Shown here: positions 61,602 through 63,966 of the stretch, in pieces
Position numbering within the stretch: the stretch's first letter is position 1
Layout: each line of letters starts with the position of its first letter
From: a virus
Length of the DNA stretch: 63,966 nucleotides
IMG/VR virus record: IMGVR_UViG_3300033112_000364
Location: 1-63,966 of that record
Strand: one strand, 5' to 3'
Program-made: the position numbers and the translations under genes
Notes under the pieces: model-generated
Seen by the model: the letters and a program-made list of their open reading frames with translations, nothing else
The model's database searches: none
Told to the model about the DNA's origin: nothing

Positions 61602-63966
61602 CTATGCGAAAGGATTAGCCCTTTGGCTAACCTGTCTATTTTGAATTTGAAATGGATTTTTTGATTGAGTTCGGTCTCCAGCATCAGGCTCACCATCAGT
61701 ATCATCTATAAAACGATGAATGACGCGGTTAAGTAAGTCAGAAAATCTTTGTAGTTCCCCGAACTTTACATCACCCATGTGCCAGTGACCCATAATGTTT
61801 CTACGCAATTCTTCATCTTCTGGCACTTCAACATCTAATAGCATTTCTGCTGGAAATTCAGAAACGATTTCAGGATCACTCACAAGCTGTTCGGTCTTGT
61901 AATCAGAACCTTCAAATTGTGCAGGTGTTCTCGGATTTTTACCTCGCACGACTTGCACAACCTGATCGAAATTTCGGGTTGCGTCTATGATGTCTGATGC
62001 ATCTTTTCCATGAAAAGATGGTAACACATATCTTGCCAAATCGGCAATATCGCGAACCACATAAATTCCGTCAGAACGATAAGAGTCTAATTCTTCACTC
62101 CATGTAATACCTTCATCCTCAAGTATTTCGTGAGTTCGTTGTTCTAACCAAAAATCATCTTCAATGATATAATCATAGAGCATAACTTTTAGTCTTTCTG
62201 GGTCAGGCATATCATTTTCACTGTAACCTTGTTCTTCTAAAAATTCATCAAGTCTGTCTTGATCTGCTAAAAAGTCATTTACTTCACCTATTACAAGCTG
62301 ATCAAACGTATGATCAATATAACTTCTCTCGCCCATCCAGCCTGTTGTTTCCCTTCTGCCTCGCGTATCAATGCGGAAGAAAATGTCCTCTGCGTTGTCC
62401 CACTCGCTCAGCTGAGAACGGGTCACTTCTTCTGTATATGTGCTGGCAGAAGCCCGATCAAATCTGCGTTGCATGACTTCTCCAAGCAGTTTGCTTAAAG
62501 CAGTATAAGCTGGGATTTGTCCTTCGTAAAAAGATTTTCTATCAAGTAAGTCTAAAAACGCTCTGGTTGGTGTATGACTTCTTGGATTAGTATTTAGATA
62601 ATCAGAAATTACACGTAGATCAGGATCACTTGTATCTAACTCGCCAGCATTGAATTGCTCAACAATATCTTTAGCTATCGCTTTCTTCGCGAGTTCTTTG
62701 AATTCTGTGTCCCCAAGTTCTTCTTGGTTCGCGAGTTCGGTTTCCCAAGGGCGGACCCCTTGAGTTTCTTCTGTATCAGCTCGCGTATCGCCTGCTGACG
62801 CGCTCGCTTGACCCGTTCCTGTATTCGCATTTGATCGTTCATTTGTTGTGTCTCCTAATTGGTCTCCATCGGCGGGGTCACCGCCATAAGAGCCTGGTGG
62901 TTCTTCCCAGTCGTCATCATCAAGTCGTGGAACTTCACCAGCAGGAAATCTTTGAGTGAAATTATACGCCATACTTCGTAATCGTTGTTCAATACTCAAA
63001 CTCTCGTCATCGGGAACTGGAACTGTCCTACCAAATGAATTTGAATAATAATAACCATCAGCGCCTTCCCACAGGTCTTGAAGTATTTCAATGTCAAATA
63101 GAACATCTTCAAGTTGTGCGTCTGCGTGTTCGGGGAAAAGTTCTTCAATAACGGACGAAAGTGAATATACTAAATCTTCTAATACTTGATCTTCAAAATT
63201 ATCAGCAATGCTGAATGAGCCATTAGCAGATTGATATTCATTGATCACATCTCGTAGACGCTGCAATCTCTCACGATGTGCTGTCTCTTGATTTGCTCTA
63301 TTTGTTACAGTAGATCGTTCTGATCTTATGCTTTGTATTATGTCTGCTTCATCTGATCTACCTGCTTCATTCAATATGCTTTGTAATTCTGACAGGCTCA
63401 AGAATTCCCAGTTTTCTAATTCTTCGAAATTTCGCACACTTTCGTACATTCTCAAGAGGCGTTGATCTATCAATAGACGAAGTGACGATCTTTGTGGATC
63501 GTCATCTGGTAGGAAGTTGCCAAGAATACGTTGTGCATTGAGAACATCAAAATTGGTTGGCTCTACCATATTTGATTGAATCAATCCAAACCGATTTCGG
63601 TGTTCTCTTACAGAGTCGTTCTGTTCAATAGTATCAAGCACCTCTATGACTCTTGTTAGGTATTCTCCGTCACCTTCGGCAACTTCAGGGCGAGGAAACA
63701 TCTCTAAAAGTCGTCCAGCTGCCATATTAGCAAATCTATGTCCTGATTCTGAATCTGTATCATTGATAAGATAATCAATTATTTCTTGCCAAGTCTGCAT
63801 ATTGTCGGGCAGATTCATTTCTGCTGCCATTTCAGGCGCTGTTGGAGAAGCACCATCACCAAACTGCAAAGCACCACCGTAGCCTACCAGCGTGTGTGTG
63901 TTTGGCGGGAGTGTATTTGCTTCTGAACTTGTATCAGGAGTGTCGTATCTACCTTCAAGTTGTTCT
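61602..63966 (-). CDS. Giant virion-module protein, C-terminal part (770 codons on the circle; continuation of 1..5775)
   Basis: The frame is open from the window end to stop 61602. The track start at 63869 is only the first TTG after the window edge. The upstream residues ...EQLEGRYDTPDTSSEANTLPPNTHTLVGYGGA are in frame with the 1..5775 translation through the 55-bp overlap. Confidence 0.8.
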   Translation of the reverse strand, partial: EQLEGRYDTPDTSSEANTLPPNTHTLVGYGGALQFGDGASPTAPEMAAEMNLPDNMQTWQEIIDYLINDTDSESGHRFANMAAGRLLEMFPRPEVAEGDGEYLTRVIEVLDTIEQNDSVREHRNRFGLIQSNMVEPTNFDVLNAQRILGNFLPDDDPQRSSLRLLIDQRLLRMYESVRNFEELENWEFLSLSELQSILNEAGRSDEADIIQSIRSERSTVTNRANQETAHRERLQRLRDVINEYQSANGSFSIADNFEDQVLEDLVYSLSSVIEELFPEHADAQLEDVLFDIEILQDLWEGADGYYYSNSFGRTVPVPDDESLSIEQRLRSMAYNFTQRFPAGEVPRLDDDDWEEPPGSYGGDPADGDQLGDTTNERSNANTGTGQASASAGDTRADTEETQGVRPWETELANQEELGDTEFKELAKKAIAKDIVEQFNAGELDTSDPDLRVISDYLNTNPRSHTPTRAFLDLLDRKSFYEGQIPAYTALSKLLGEVMQRRFDRASASTYTEEVTRSQLSEWDNAEDIFFRIDTRGRRETTGWMGERSYIDHTFDQLVIGEVNDFLADQDRLDEFLEEQGYSENDMPDPERLKVMLYDYIIEDDFWLEQRTHEILEDEGITWSEELDSYRSDGIYVVRDIADLARYVLPSFHGKDASDIIDATRNFDQVVQVVRGKNPRTPAQFEGSDYKTEQLVSDPEIVSEFPAEMLLDVEVPEDEELRRNIMGHWHMGDVKFGELQRFSDLLNRVIHRFIDDTDGEPDAGDRTQSKNPFQIQNRQVSQRANPFA
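63912..63966. repeat. Terminal overlap, second copy of bases 1-55
   Basis: Exact identity, read directly. Confidence 0.95.

Overview
The two ends of the window are identical: bases 1-55 equal bases 63912-63966. The window is therefore one complete, circularly closed replicon of 63,911 unique bp. Its content is that of a tailed phage of a diderm (Gram-negative-type) host. It uses sigma70-like TTGACA/TAnAAT promoters and AGGAG ribosome-binding sites (RBS), and it encodes an outer-membrane (OMP) beta-barrel, a lipobox lipoprotein and LPS-type glycosyltransferases. About 90% of the genes sit on the minus strand in one tightly coupled array. A 3.4-kb plus-strand operon (56115-59543) diverges from the early region at about 56.0 kb. 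Functions I can recognise: large terminase, candidate small terminase, scaffold-like protein, capsid candidates and a portal candidate. There is also a long run of tail or appendage genes built from a repeated domain, and a T4-lysozyme-type endolysin with an N-terminal membrane anchor. Others are RuvC, an HU/IHF-like protein, an XRE regulator, an HNH nuclease, a HAD phosphatase and three DNA methyltransferases of different classes. Main hunt results: (1) a giant gene of about 2,694 codons is missing from the ORF track because it crosses the circular junction (5775->1, then 63911->61602); it ends 7 nt before the portal gene, and it and neighbouring large proteins carry tandem NPF motifs at their termini. 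(2) A six-gene sugar kinase + cytidylyltransferase + glycosyltransferase cassette lies inside the virion module. (3) An island of envelope-targeted genes surrounds the lysis genes. (4) An iteron-type origin lies next to a small winged-helix gene, and I recognised no polymerase, helicase, primase or integrase. (5) A multi-gene family of a repeated domain of roughly 110 aa occupies the tail region. Functional calls rest on motifs read by eye and no database search was possible.
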